Source: Priapulus caudatus (lineage: Eukaryota). From it: 60,785 bases of DNA. The translations under genes and the position numbers were made by a program. The stretch spans positions 1,273,868 to 1,334,652 of the forward strand of contig NW_014577076.1 of NCBI RefSeq assembly GCF_000485595.1, in the 5' to 3' direction. Below the pieces are notes generated by a model. That model saw only the letters and a program-made list of their open reading frames with translations. It searched no databases and was not told the DNA's origin. Each line of letters begins with the position of its first letter. Within the stretch, counting starts at the first letter, position 1. Below are positions 26,063-40,059 of the stretch, in pieces.

Positions 26063-29000
26063 TAGTGCAGTGGCCGAAGCTGAAAAAGGGCTCTATTTAA
26101 GGAGATACCCCTACCGGAGGTATAACAAGCTGGGAATGGTCTCATTTTAACCGTCTGGATCCCTAGTTTATGAAAAGCCATGTTGTAGTTGCAGCAACCT
26201 TGGCCAACATGCCGAATTAACCCCATTTTTACGGTAAAATCTGAAAAAATGACATTTTCAGTTACTTGCTTATTTTATCAAATCAGCCCCATTATATTTT
26301 ATAATTGATGGTTATATCAATGTATTTCGTTGAAATAGATATGTAGCAATGTATTTGAGGCAGTTTTATGCTGCTAAGGGGGTTAAGGGGCCAAAATTAT
26401 ACCCCAAATTTGGCATTTTTTGGCGATTTCGACCAAAATAATGTCTATTTTCTTGCACTATTCCACCAATACATGTTATAACTGTGTCAGATCTGACTGT
26501 ATTCATGGGCCTAGATGTGCTATTAATAAAAAAAAATTAGTTTAAGCATGGTAAACGGGTACAACAATGGTCATGTTAACCCTTTGTTTTGGGCGACAGC
26601 CTAAAAACGACTTTTTCATTTACTTGGCATATTTTAATAAAATCAGCCGAACAGTGTTTAGGTAACTGATGGTTATTATATGTTTTTTGATTGAAATTAG
26701 AATGAAGCGATGCATTTAGGAATGGTGTCTATGCTGTTAAGAGGGCGGTAAGGTGCCCAAAAAGTACAAATAGATGGTTGGCAAATTTTGAAATCGATTT
26801 TGACCATAATAAGAAAGAACGTTTCCATGGCATACTGGCACAGTACACTGGTGAGAAGCAGTATTATAGGTCTACCTGCCTGAACTGCTATCATCAGGTG
26901 TGGGTTATCACATTGATATAATAAAATCCAGTTGACAGCATGTGTACGCTGGGTCCTGGTACACCCTGACCCTGTTTAAATAATGCTATGGTTACATAAC
27001 TTGGTGGCTCCCACGAGCTCAATCCAGCATTTTTTTCAACACCAAATGCTAATGTGGCCACTCCGTCTGTTCTTGCGTGTCTTGGTATGGTGGTTAGCGA
27101 TTTTTTCACAGTCAGACTACGATGAAACAAAGTCAATCGATGCACGTGGGCTATCCGGCACGAGGCAATGGACTCTTCCTCGCCCAAGCAGCATACTAGT
27201 TGTGCGTGGGGAGGGTAGGGGTGTTCATGTCAGGGTCTCCGGAACTCGGTCGTGGGTCAAGCTGAGGTGAGTGTCGAGGGTAAGGACAACACTCCAAGGC
27301 TAATCCGGCAAGCTGAAGAGAATCGAGAGCCCGCTGTAACGTATCAATGGAGGATGAAACGTGGATAAGGGTCATAAATAAAGATTTCATATGGCAAGGC
27401 TGGCAAGGAAGCTGTGAGATGGTGAATCTAGCAATTACCGGCGTGGAGTGGATTAGAAACGCTCTCGTCTAGTACCAAAGACTGTCCCGATTATCTGACG
27501 ATAACGATATCTACCCTTACTCAATGCTCACCTAAGCGGCTGTATGATACAGGCGGTTCGTTGCCGCTTTCACTACACTTCAACCGTTGTACCGGTTGCT
27601 TTCTTTCAGCTGCAGTCGCAAAGAGAAAATCAACGAAATGCGTTTGCGCCAAAGTAGAGAGTCTGTAACGGGCCAATAGCCTATTTAGCGGAGCGAGGCT
27701 TTGCTGACTTCATTTCTGCCATTTATTCAAGTTGCTGATAGATTAACGGGTTCGCGATAAGACAGGCGTGAGGCTGGCTGTACAGGGGTAGAAATAGTGT
27801 AGTGAAGCGAAAACATACCGCGCTGTATCACATTACAGGTTGATGCTCACATACGTGATTTGTCAACATTTTTACAGTCTATTGTTGAAAGCTAGGGTCC
27901 CATATCTGAGGTAGTTGGGGCAGCATCACATTGACACATTATATCAGCAGAGACCTTGGCCATTGCAGCAAGGGCACAGCATATTCTGTGGAGCAGACGG
28001 AACACTGGTGGGCAAGTAACGAATGAGGCTGGGAGAAATGCATTTAATAAATGGCTTTCGATGCAAGCATGACAAGATATTCGGAGATGGGTAGACTTAC
28101 GAACATCCTAACTTGCATCAATTTACGCAGCTTCCAACGTTAACCAATGCATTCCAAGGAAAGCGAGTATGCCGTGGAATAGAGGTGTCCGTCTGCAACA
28201 CAATACATGTCACACGATGTTCTCATTCGCTGAATCCTTTTGCCAAAAGACTGATGTGGCCATGGCTGGCCCAAGTTGAAACAAGCAGCTAGTACGTGAA
28301 TTGGAGCAGGTCCTTTCGTAATCAAAGATGCAAGTGATGTGGCTACCGATGGGTACAGTTCTGAATGAGAATCACTGTGGCAAAAAGTGTACAGGAAACG
28401 TCAGTTAGACTTTCTCCACAACCGCATCGCTTGGATTGACGGTCTGTGACCGATTTTTGTTCGGCCGGGGTATATAGACGTGTCAGTCCATCAATGACTA
28501 CAGAAACAAGAGCGAGGTGGTTTTCCCAGTTTGTTACTACTTTATCAGAGTCCGGGGAGCAGACAAGTTACTAACTACAGAAGTTTCTCCAGGGATCGAA
28601 ACACAGGCAACCTTCGACGATTCATCTCCACAGTATAGTTCAATTGGAGAATGGGAGAAATATGTTCCGAAGACACAAAAATTCCATTTATGGCAAGGAG
28701 TTTAAGTGAATGGAACTCATTGGTGAGGTTGTTGGCCCACCTGGAGCGTCAGGTCGTGTTGAATGTTCACTGTACAGTAACCAGGAGAGGCCCGATAAAC
28801 GCTATGTCCTGCTGCTGTGCACTATCAAAGAACATGATAGATATGATACCTGTGACGACACAGAGATTTCTTTGGTCTTGCTGTTTACGCTATGTCAGCA
28901 GAGGACATTTCCATACTGGCTACTATGTGTACATGTATGGCTGGTTCATGCTCAGGAAGAAAGATACATTCTTTATGCGGCCTGACAATTGCGAATGAAC

Positions 29001-30526
29001 TTGGCCAACAATGCGAAAGTGTTCCCTGCGCTGCTCATAGCTCTCGACGATGCGGCACCAAATAGTTCCAATAAACAGGTAGGAAAGAAAACGCGTACTA
29101 AAACTGGTGAAACATGCGGACCAGGTCTGACAACCTGCTCCAGTCGATTCATGAGACGACATAAAGGAGAGCATGACAGATAGCCGTAGCTACACACTAC
29201 TCCTCTCGGCAGAGAAATGGAAACACGTTGATGAGGTTTCGGTACATATCGGCTTACAGACGACAGACAGTTGCATCCATGCTCTCCACAAAATCCTTCT
29301 ATACAACATCTGCGTCAAAGTACCAAACAGGCATTTGGTGCAGGATCACATCCAACGCAAGATTGATCGACACCGGTTGGGACCATGGTGTCCCGTTGTG
29401 ATTGATGGAGGCATAACACAGACGATGTTCCCTCAGCATATCCAGTTGAAAGTTCGGACCGTGCACAACACGGTCTCTATTGCCACAGACAAAGAAGGTG
29501 ATTTGAGTGGCGAGGAGTCGTAGTTGCCGTACTAAGTGCATCGCCTGCTTGTTCATGTACTGTGTGAAAGATGAACACCATACCAGAAAATGAAGTGACA
29601 TATGATCTGTGTTGACCAAATTATTGACGTCATGGCCCGACAGTGTTTGTAAACATTTAGGGCATTTTGTAAACAGGGTCAGCCGCAGTTGTACCAGCTT
29701 CACCATGTTCAACTGATTTTTATGATTTACAATGATGACCCACTAGCCGCGCCCCCGAGCGCCGCCATCAACTGCGCACGATCCTCGCATGGTACCGCGA
29801 GGCCTTTCAGTCAGGTAGACCTATGATACTGTTTGTACCTATTTGGTGATAATGCATGGCAGTTTCTTTATTGCTGTAAAATTTATAAATGCCCACCCAG
29901 ATTTTTGTATAAATTGGGGTTTAACTTAACAGTATAGACACTGCTAAAATGCCATTGCTTCATTCTATTTCAATCAAAACATGATTATAACCATCAGTCT
30001 GAAACATCTGCATGGATGATTTGATAAAATATGCAAGTAAACTGGAAAAGTATTTTCAGGGTCATGTTGCAAACAAGGGGTTAATGTACCATGTTGTACC
30101 CGTTTACCATGCTGAAACTAATTTTTTTATCAATAGCACATCTAGGCCCATGAATAGAGTCAGATCTGACACAGTGATAACATGTATTGGTGAAATAGTG
30201 CAAGAAAATATACATTATTTTGGTCGTAATCGCCAAAAAATGCCAAATTTGGGGTATAATTTTGGCCCCTTAACCCCCTTAGCAGCATAAAACTGCCTCA
30301 AATACATTGCTACATATCTATTTCAATGAAATACATTGATATAACCATCAATTATAAAATATAATGGGGTTGATTTCATAAAATAAGCAAGTAACTGAAG
30401 GTTGCTGCAACTACAACATGGCTTTTCATAAACTAGGGATCCAGACGGTTAAAATGAGACCATTCCCAGCTTGTTATACCTCCGGTAGGGGTGCACTTAA
30501 TTTTTCGGGTCTCGGCCGCTGCACTA
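26063..30526. mobile_element. Academ-like DNA transposon (4464 bp) with very long TIRs and decayed internal sequence
   Basis: Termini TAGTGCAGTGGCCGA / TCGGCCGCTGCACTA, 3-bp TSD CAG. Inverted arms at about 26063-26884 and 29806-30526. The interior has only stop-interrupted frames. Confidence 0.8.
27531..27842. mobile_element. Degenerate MITE nested in the Academ-like element
   Basis: Imperfect inverted ends (TGATACAG.CGGT...TTCACTACACT versus AGTGTAGTGAA...ACCG..CTGTATCA), ATGCTCAC on both flanks. Confidence 0.45.
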
Positions 30527-31661
30527 CAGGGAATCAACATGAAAAATGGACGCCCCCGTGAAGGTGCATCAACTTGTTCCTAGTACTTCCTACTCGATAC
30601 GCCTACTCGGACTCCTAGGCCTAGCAGGATAGAGTGAATTAGTTTTCATTCTGGTTGTCAAAAAATGTATCAAATTTCTAGGAAATGGTGAGCGAATTGT
30701 AGTGGCGTAATCATAGCACTAAAATCGTAGTGATTCCACTGATTATTGAATGTTTAACAATAAAAACAAACCCTCGCATTCCGGGCGACTTTTCAATGAA
30801 ATTCTGGTGCCCAACATTATTTCTACTCGCCTCGGGCTACTGGGCGAGTGTTAATTTTCATCACTGTATAAGTGCTAAGCCATCAATGTGGAAGCTCAGC
30901 ATATCCCATGCTACAGCATAGATGTATTCATGTTGGGAGCTGCTCAGCATCACCATGGCTGATCTCAGTAATTATGCAGGTCACATAGGGGTTGTGAAGC
31001 TAATAGTCATAGCCAATAATAAGAGGGTATAATCAGAAGGGGGGTATCAACAAGTGGCGTGGTCTCAGAGGCTTGATGAGTTGCTGATTTAATAATGCAC
31101 ATATTTAATGCTAATATGCGGCTCCAGGTAAGTTAGAATTGTATGTATACATAGCTGCTGTCATCCTGTAAGTAGTACAAGTGAACTTCTGCAGTGGAAA
31201 TAAGAGTAGGAAATATGGAGTGTGGCATATAGTGAGTATATCTTAATCTTATCAGGCAGGACAACAAAGTACTTTTGGGTGAGCATGTGCTGTAGTACCA
31301 AGGCCTGATCCACGCCATTTTTCATACCGAATACTGGCGCCCAAATTACGACCCAGGCTAGCAAAATGCCCAAATTACAAAATTAAAACGTTCAAATTAG
31401 CAGAGCTCTGAAAAAATTGTGAAAATTAAATCTCCATGTTTCTATCGTTATGTAGGTACTGTTTTATAATAAAATGGTCGTATAAGATCTATAATCTATT
31501 TTCTGAATAAAATTTTAATGTTATTGTACATCTACCTAAAAAATATTTTCTTCTCGCTGCGCTTGCCAACGGTCCCAAAATCTTTTTTGGCTTGCTACGC
31601 TCCGCATGGATGCCCATATTAAGCAGCTAGATTAGCCCCTGAGGTACAGAGTACATATGAC

Positions 31662-31695
31662 CAGGGGTGAATAATGACAAATTAATTCACCCCTG
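31662..31695. mobile_element. 34-bp TIR-only remnant, P-like
   Basis: CAGGGGTGAATAATGACAAATTAATTCACCCCTG, 7-bp TSD ATATGAC/ATATGAT. Confidence 0.8.
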
Positions 31696-33136
31696 ATATG
31701 ATCTAGACCAGGAAAATGCAACTTGATTGTGATATATGGTATCAGTATCTGTACTGATCGAGTTACATTTATTGTGAAATCCTAAACGAAGCTATAGGCC
31801 TATATACATGTCTATTATCACGGGTATGTACAGAGATTTGGAATTCTCACATGGATTTATATGTACATGTGTATGGTCATACTTCATATCCATTCAACAC
31901 GCGTGTATAGTAGGCATGCGCACACCTAAACACATATATTGGGCAGTTCAACAAGTAGGTTGGCATGACTAGTATAAAATTTAGAACGGTCTTTTTTAGT
32001 AAAATTTGGTTTCACATGATAGTACTGTGTATACATCAGTGTTTCTGCTTTTAAAAATGGTGGGTTATGACTTTTTTTATTTACTACCTTCAAATGGCAA
32101 TTGTTTGTTATGTTTTAAGGTGAACAGTTGACAAAAAAGAGTAAATAATCTCTGTCTTATTCCCTGAATATAAAACAGTAATCTAAATATTTTATTAGAT
32201 TCATAAAGCCAGTACCCTGACTTCTAGAGACTAAATAGTTAGAAACAGTCAAATGCAAAGCTTGGTTTTAAAAAATTAACACAATCATCAGTGGTGAATC
32301 TGGACACGTGATTACCTACCCGTGATTACCACGTGCACATTACCACCTATCCATTAACTTTACTTTGTTGTAAAAGATGCTTGGTAAGGCTGTTCACGAT
32401 ATTAAAACAAATTTAAGTAATTAACCCTAAAACGTTAGTTTAACACCTAAGGCTAAACTGAAGAATAATAGTTTGTAGAATTTTAGTGTCATATTACTGT
32501 GCTATCTAGCATACAAATAATTATTATATTTCATTTGGTTCGTCAAAGAGAAATTTAAAGTCAATTAATTCATTTTTGCAAGATTGCAGCATCCTTTAGT
32601 CAGTCTAACCCTAAGCATATTTGTGAGGTGAGTTTTACTTTTAGCCTTCCCTGCTAGCCAGCACATCGACATCGTGGTGATCTACATCACAAACCTCATT
32701 AACTCATGCCCCTGTAGTCTTTGCCTTTGATAAGCATATGTCAGATAGTGAATGGGCTTTACAAATAGAAGGTGAAGGGAACCTTAGATGTTGGGAGCTG
32801 AAGCACTACACACAACCTGCTCATGCATAAGCTGCAGTGGGATGCTGAGATATGGAGGCAACTCTGTTGCATATACCTCAATCTGTATTAAAATCCCCTG
32901 CTGCAGGTGAATAATGCCAATCACTGTCAGCAGGAAAACAGTGGCAGTTCCATTCATCGAGAGTATATGGCGCTGTGTAGAAGCCACTGTGGCAGTGGGT
33001 TAGTATTTAGCGTGCGTGCCGTAGTAGCAGGCGCAGTAGCAGAGATAAGCCGCTTTATACAAGGAGAAGCAGTCGGAAAACTTCTACAAAAATTAAAATA
33101 AGCTGTGCATGCAGTGTGGCTGGTTTCTGTTGGAAA

Positions 33137-33144
33137 ATGTTAAG
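33137..33144 (+). CDS. Candidate start exon (coding part ATG TTA AG) of ARHGAP39
   Basis: aaaATGTTAAG|GTAGGC is phase 2 and would splice to 36784 to give M-L-R-M-E-W-V. It follows a UTR-like GC/CAG-rich stretch at 32980-33130. Inference only. Confidence 0.35.
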
Positions 33145-33281
33145 GTAGGCTTTTATGTAATTGCATACATGTCTGTGCATGCTTGCATGTAAAAGGTTGT
33201 TAATATGGGTGTGAGTGTGCGTGTACATATGCTACAAAGTTCTACACACAGACTGAGACTCAGACGTTGGGCCAATCGAAT

Positions 33282-33556
33282 CAAGAGCGTATAAAGAGGG
33301 AGAGCGAACAACGGTGAAATACTGAAACCATGTTGCAGTATTAGTCGAATTAATAAACTTTCCCCGTTTTATTTGTACAATTCTTTGTGGTATTTCCTAC
33401 CTTGCTTAAATATAAAACAAACCGCTTGTCCCTACGATGCCTCTACGCTGAGATAATATCTAAATAAAACAGGCAAAGTTTCTTTTAATTCGACTAATAC
33501 TGCAACATTGTTTCAGCATTTCACCGTTGTACGCTCTCCTTCTTTATACGCTCTTG
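33282..33556. mobile_element. P-superfamily MITE, internally deleted relative of 44004-44767
   Basis: TIR CAAGAGCGTATAAAGA... of about 85 bp, perfect 7-bp TSD ATCGAAT. Confidence 0.9.
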
Positions 33557-34120
33557 ATCGAATGTATACTACACTGGACACGCTATTCTTTACAAAGAAA
33601 TCGTGCTGCATGACTGGCTCAGTTAGGAGAGTAGTAGTATGCACCTATTATTATGCCTATCGTTGTGCCATGTCCGTGTGTGACAGCTATATCTAATCTT
33701 TGTGTGAATCCCGCGGTGAATACTGATCACTGGCTACACAGATCTGGCATATTCGTAAGACGTGACAGGTCAGTGAGGTCGCTTTGGATGAGAGTAAAAT
33801 ACTGAAGCCAGCAGTGCATCGCTTAGTTTGGCAACATCATGCTAGATCGAACCATGCACGAGGATTTCCAATCACTTGTTTATATGCAAGTGCATGTGTA
33901 TCACTGGAATGCTAAATGGGATGTGCATAGAGATGTTGTGAAGGTGAGGATGAGAAGACTATACTGGGATTATAGATGGCTTTCCTGATCACTGTACATC
34001 ATCATTTATGATTTAAGCTAACCGTACATGCCTTCTAGGCACGGAGATGCCCGTGTTTTCTGTAGCTGCATGGGCACACGCAATGATGCAAGTGTATTTT
34101 TACCTTGCTTTTACTTATAT

Positions 34121-34160
34121 CAGGGGTGAATAATGACAACTTTGTCATTATTCACCCCTG
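34121..34160. mobile_element. 40-bp TIR-only remnant, P-like (19-bp arms)
   Basis: CAGGGGTGAATAATGACAA-ct-TTGTCATTATTCACCCCTG, perfect 7-bp TSD CTTATAT. Confidence 0.88.
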
Positions 34161-34771
34161 CTTATATCAACGTCTTGTCCAGTTTACGATGACAGCACGG
34201 AGAAGCAATCGAATGACTAGTTTTCAAACTCTAGTCTCAGTCGTGTATATATATAGGGGTTGTGTGGGAGGTTCATACTGCGCCGTGCTGTCTATCGCCC
34301 AAAGTCACGTCTTCAGTTGTCAGGGAGAAATATGTGCTATATGCGCACAGTCTGGGGCAACAGTTTGAATGTGAAGGGGAAATCTCCATTGAGTAATTTC
34401 TACAAACTTGTCAAGTTGTAACCAAGCTCAGAGGCTGCCTGGGTCAGATGTTGCTGCCATTACAATTATGCGACTTATTATTGCAGCTGCTACTGTAGCT
34501 AGTAATCGTAATGTTCCAAGGCGCGTGTGGATTTGCTTGTACATGTTATTATTGACAGCTATGTAATTATATAGCAGCCTGGGATATGCCTTCAGATTAA
34601 ATGAAGCACGCTAGAGAATATCCATTCTACTGTGCACGTCATATACGGCACCGGCACAGTAAGGTCACATGCATGGTACAGTGTAGCATAGTACATACAT
34701 AGTACATACATGGTATATATATGGTACAGCTGCCCACATTGTATTGAAATTCTATTTGTTACTGATATTAT

Positions 34772-35590
34772 CAGGAGTAAGATAATATAGAGGAGTATGA
34801 CTCTCCAAAACATGTGAATTTCAACATTTGCTTGCCTAATTTTACCGATGATATATTACGTGCAACTCGATAAAAATTACATCTAAATGAGCGTTGGACA
34901 TCCGTCTCTAACTAAAACTTTACTTTGTTTAAATACCTCTTGCCTTTAGCGAGATATAGCTTTGAACGTCACACATGGTTCATAGTGTTTAAACTAAGCT
35001 GGCGGCTCAGATTGCCCAGATATCTCCGAACAGTGGCTAGCCTGTGAGGAATGGTCTTGTCTGTTGACAAGAATGCCACCTGTTGGCGGCAGAGTAGAAT
35101 AATATATGACATTATATAATATAGATAATCATAGTATATGGTGTATATATATAGTGTGTATATATGTGTGTATATATATATACGTGTATATATTATATAT
35201 ATAGGATAATATATATAGTGTGTATGATATTAATATAGAATATAATATAGAAGTCTATATTATTCTACTCCTGCGCCAACAGGTGATCTTGATCAACAGA
35301 CAAGACCTATTCCTCACAGGCTAGCCCACTTGTCGGAAGCTATCTGGGCAATCTGAGCCGCCAGCTTAGTTAAACACATGAACCATGTGTGACGTTCAAA
35401 GCTATATCTCCGTAAAGGCAAGAGGTATTTAAACAAAGTAAAGTTTTCTAGTTAGAGACGGATGTCCAACGCTCATTTATGTAATTTTTATCGAGTTGCA
35501 CGTATATATCATCGGTAAAAAATTAGGCAAGCAAATGTTGAAATTCACATGTTTTGGACAGTCATACTCCTCTATATTATCTTACTCCTG
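34772..35590. mobile_element. P-superfamily (Galileo-like) foldback element
   Basis: Inverted arms of about 335 bp around an AT-rich spacer, termini CAGGAGTAAGATAATATAGAGGAG, perfect 7-bp TSD ATATTAT. Confidence 0.9.
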
Positions 35591-36658
35591 ATATTATGTA
35601 AACATGTGCGTTACAACCACGTCCAAATCTATAGATATTTGCGAGATTGTCAATGTGGCAGTAGTGTGCAGCAAAGCTGCATTATAACTCTTGTAACCGC
35701 TTCTCTTTTTTGTCTCACACGTTATGTACCTTACCCTTCTTGTATGACTCATGTATTTGTCTCTCTCCTGCCCCTACCTCCCTTCCGCCCTCCCTACTAC
35801 CTCCCTCGCGCCCCTTTCTCAATCTTTCTCACCTAGTCACGTGTGCAGCTTCCATACCCCTGTTTCTAGGCTCTACCCTCTGGGCCTCACTCCCACCCTT
35901 TCTCACTTGCTCTATTCTCTCTTAATATGTCTTCTCTTTGTGATCTAATTGTTCTCTCCATCTCGTCCCCTCGCTCTTCTATTCCCTCTCTATGTCACAT
36001 CTCTCCTCTCCTACCGGTCTTTTACTCCCTGCTCAGCCTGCTGTCTGTCGTCAGCCCCCCTACTCTACAGACAGTCAGAAATGGTACTGCTGTTTACAGA
36101 TGTAAGGCGTGTTTAATTTATGCACGATTGTCAACAGAGGGCTCAGACTCGGTGCCGCTTCCACAGTGTACACATGATTATCGGTGACTTATAACAGCGT
36201 ATGCACCAGTCGGCGGTTACATGCAGGCAGCAAGCGTTTACCCGCAGGTGCACCACAAACCCTTCCTATCCCTGGATGCAGGTTGTGCTTGCCCATGAGC
36301 TTCTCTAATATAAGCGAGAGCGCTTGCCCAGGTTTAGCAGATCTATCGATACAGGAGAGATGAGGAGACGCAGTTTCGGGTCTGTTGTGTGGAAGACGTG
36401 TTTCCCTCGTTACTGTCATGGGAGGTAAAAGTCTATTCTACAGGCAAAGCACAGCTCTGATCATTATAAATAGGCGCACTCACAAGCTATTCATGATATG
36501 GCTTCAAGGGATGAAATTCGTTTGATTTTTCATGAGCACTTGTGCGTCTATGATGAGTTATCATTTTGCGCAGCATCCAGCATCTTGTCGAGCTATCGCC
36601 ATGAACTAGTTATATTGTAAGATGTAATATCTGTATGGGTTTTATGTAATGATATTAT

Positions 36659-36703
36659 CAGGAGTAAATAATAGAGAGTTAATTATTCTATTATTCACTC
36701 CTG
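36659..36703. mobile_element. 45-bp TIR-only remnant, P-like (17-bp arms)
   Basis: CAGGAGTAAATAATAGA-11 nt-TCTATTATTCACTCCTG, perfect TSD ATATTAT, 80 bp upstream of the WW exon. Confidence 0.85.
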
Positions 36704-36718
36704 ATATTATTGATGTAA

Positions 36719-36886
<168 letters not shown>

Positions 36887-37533
36887 TGAGTATTACTGCA
36901 TGCCTTTCCTGATTCCATGTTCAAATTCATTTGGGAAAGAGATGAGAGAAGCGAGAAATTAATCTCTGAGTAATGACAGAGGCGTTATTGACGTGGACGA
37001 TTGGACTGAGGCGTATTGAACGATAGGTATAGCTCTCTGGAATCTTGAAAAGAGTTGACTGAAATCTGGTGACTGTGTGAAGGGTTGATGTGAGAAATGA
37101 TGGTAAACAGAGTGTGTTACATTAAATGTAAGACGTATATATATATATTATACAATGTAGTAATAATGGCTTGTAGTTGTGGATGGTGTAGCTCTACAAA
37201 ATGTATATCTGTACATGTCTATCAAATCCATTACAGTGCTATATATATATATGGTGGAGAGAAGGGTAATATTGGTAGAGCTAGAATTGCCGATGATCAT
37301 ACAGGCTGTTTTAAAATAATAGCCAGTAAGAGAGAACAGGATAGAGAGCTGTGGCAGTATAAACAGTAGCACGTAAGCGGTTGTTCAAGTTATGATAGAT
37401 GGGGATGGGCATTGGAGGGGGCGATTCGGGATGAGAGTTAATTGTAGTAGGCGTTCACTGATTCAGCAGTAGCTAGAAAGCGCGTGAAAGAGCAGTGAAA
37501 TGTTTTAGTGTTTTAACAGTACCTATAATATGG

Positions 37534-37930
37534 TGTGCGTGCGTGCGTGCGTGCGCGTGCGTGCGTGCGCGTGCGTGCGTGTGCGTACGTGCGCGTGCGT
37601 GCGTGTGCGTACGTGCGCGTGCGTGCGTGTGCGTACGTGAGTACGTGTGTGTGTGTACTGTATCATATGTATATGTGTGCGTGCGTGGGTGCATGCATGC
37701 ATGCATGCATGGGGTATACACGTACATGTGTGATAGTAACATGTGAAAGGTGAAATATAGTCGATATTGAGCAGTAAATAGGGACCGGGAGGAGAAATTT
37801 GTGTGATGGAGCTCTGCTCTGTCGTGAGACTCGCAGTCCACACAAGCAGCACACGTGCACGCACACACACACACACAGTGACACACACACACACACACGC
37901 ACGCACGCAAGTCGCACGCACGTCGCACAC
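37534..37930. repeat. (TGCG)n/(TG)n and (CA)n alternating purine-pyrimidine tracts
   Basis: Seen directly at 37534-37710 and 37848-37930. Confidence 0.9.
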
Positions 37931-39134
37931 GCATCTAGAGAAATTTATGGCTCTGCACCATTTATGGCTCTGCACTGCTGCCGCGCTTATATACGATGGT
38001 TTAAAAACCATCATCACCTTCCCTGAGAGGTCTGATTGCTGCTGAAATGTGCCATCCTGTTTACATTTGTGAAACTTTTCTGGCATTTATTTTGCTGCAT
38101 CGCCTGTCAGTGTCGTATGGTGCGTTTAAATATGGCAGCGCAGCCCCTTATCTGTCATCCTACCCAGTTTTCCCGATTCTCTACTAATAAGGATTGGTGG
38201 GTTATTGGTACCCTGGCGTGACTGTAAGACTAACTGCTTATATGTGACCGTGTATCCATCAACGTCTACAAGTGGTGTCGTAAAATACATGACAATTTCT
38301 TTAAGCTTGGTTAATATTATTGGTGCTTGTTGGGAAGAGCATAAGAACCCTAAAGTTGAAACATGAATCGATGTTTGTACGTAAAATGCAAACTTCTTTG
38401 ACAATCACTGTGGTTTTCGTAAGACGAGCAGAATATGTTGATTAACTATGGCTCTAAAGACAGTGGATGTGTATTCCGAATTTCTAACAGTATTAGTGGT
38501 GGTCAAACATGCTTGACCTTTGTGTGTGTATGTAGATGGAGCATTTATATACACAGCTAGTGTTATCATCACGAGTGACGTGCTCTGCACTGTATTGTAA
38601 GTGCCTAACAGCTTGGCCCCTCTGCATGGGGTGACCCTGCACCCTGTAATCGGGAGAGAGAGAGAGTGCTTGGCCGGCCACACAGTGAGATGCGATACAC
38701 ACGAATGCCCAGCAAATAACAAACTGGATGGATTGATGGCTGCACAGCGAGTGACCTGCTGGGGTGTGCATATATACATCGGGATTGTACAGCGGCTGCA
38801 TGAGCCTCTGTGCGCCTAGAAAAGCTTCACAATCCATGTGGCCAATTCTTACCAGCTGTTACATGATATCAGGTTTTATTAAAAATCGAGGAAAATTGCA
38901 CAATTTAATATAAGGGATAGAAAATTCACAGTTTCCTTAGGACTGGAAGGAATATGCAAGGTTTTACCAGGAGTGTGGGAAATATGTAATGTATCTAGTA
39001 TGATATAGAAAATTCTGTACTTGGTTTGCAGTTAGTACGCCTGGGAGCACCATGATAATATTATACAAAGTTTTATATATGGGACAATTATTTGTGGACA
39101 AATTTCTTCATACAGTGCATGTTCTCTTATGACT

Positions 39135-39345
39135 GCGGGAAAACTGTAGTTGTTACTAGGGGCGGCAATTCTTTGGTGGCGAAACTGCAGGGTTTTTTAC
39201 TAAGGGGAAAACGGCAATGTTGTATTAGTACTAGGGGAAACTGTAAATTTTATTAGTACTAGGGTGAAACAGAGTAATATTACCAGTACTGGGAATAATA
39301 TGTAGGCTTTTGCTAGTACTGCATGGGTGGAAACTGTGCGGTTTT
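39135..39345. repeat. Degenerate minisatellite, unit about 27 bp
   Basis: Recurring TAGTACTAGGGGAAAC/GAAACTG core. Confidence 0.65.
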
Positions 39346-40059
39346 CCTGGGATTGATGAAAAACTCGCTCGCTGGAGCATATCCCTGAGCACTTGCCATC
39401 TATCACTATGCACTAATGCATTTTCACCGTGGCCAGCAATTTTTGCGGACAGTTTCTGATCAATCTTGTCGTGTGTTCCCCTTCCAGGAAATTGTTAATG
39501 CAGTTGCTCAACATTTGACGATAGACATGTACGTTAGGGCCAGCGCGCGCGCACACTGTGCATGCAGGCTTGTGTGACAGTGGGGCGGGTGGGAGGGCTG
39601 ATGTTTAACATTCTTGCCTTATCCTAGTAAGACCTGAGATCCGCTTGCAGTAACCTGATCGGCTCGTGTGCCCAATTTACTATGTCGCATCTGATATGGT
39701 GTTTTAAGCCGATGTCACGATGTCATGAAGTATCCTGTAGGCCGCATCGAGTATTTAATATTTACTTAGAATTAATACCCTTCTGAAAACTCCGCATCTT
39801 TAAGCTTCTACATGTTGTCTGTTGAACATAGTAGCTGGTCTCACTCGCCGATGTACCTGACTGGGAATTAGTACCAGCCTTGCTGTACCGTTGAAGTAGC
39901 GGGTATATACGGGAAGGTGTGTGTGTGTGCGCGTGCGTGCGTGCGTGCGTGTGTGAGGAGGATGGGGGCGGGGGTTGAGCAACCTTAATGATCATGAAGA
40001 CCGTGTTATGGAACAAAGTAGTTTTGCCATGTCAAAAATGGAATAGCGACCATAGCCCC

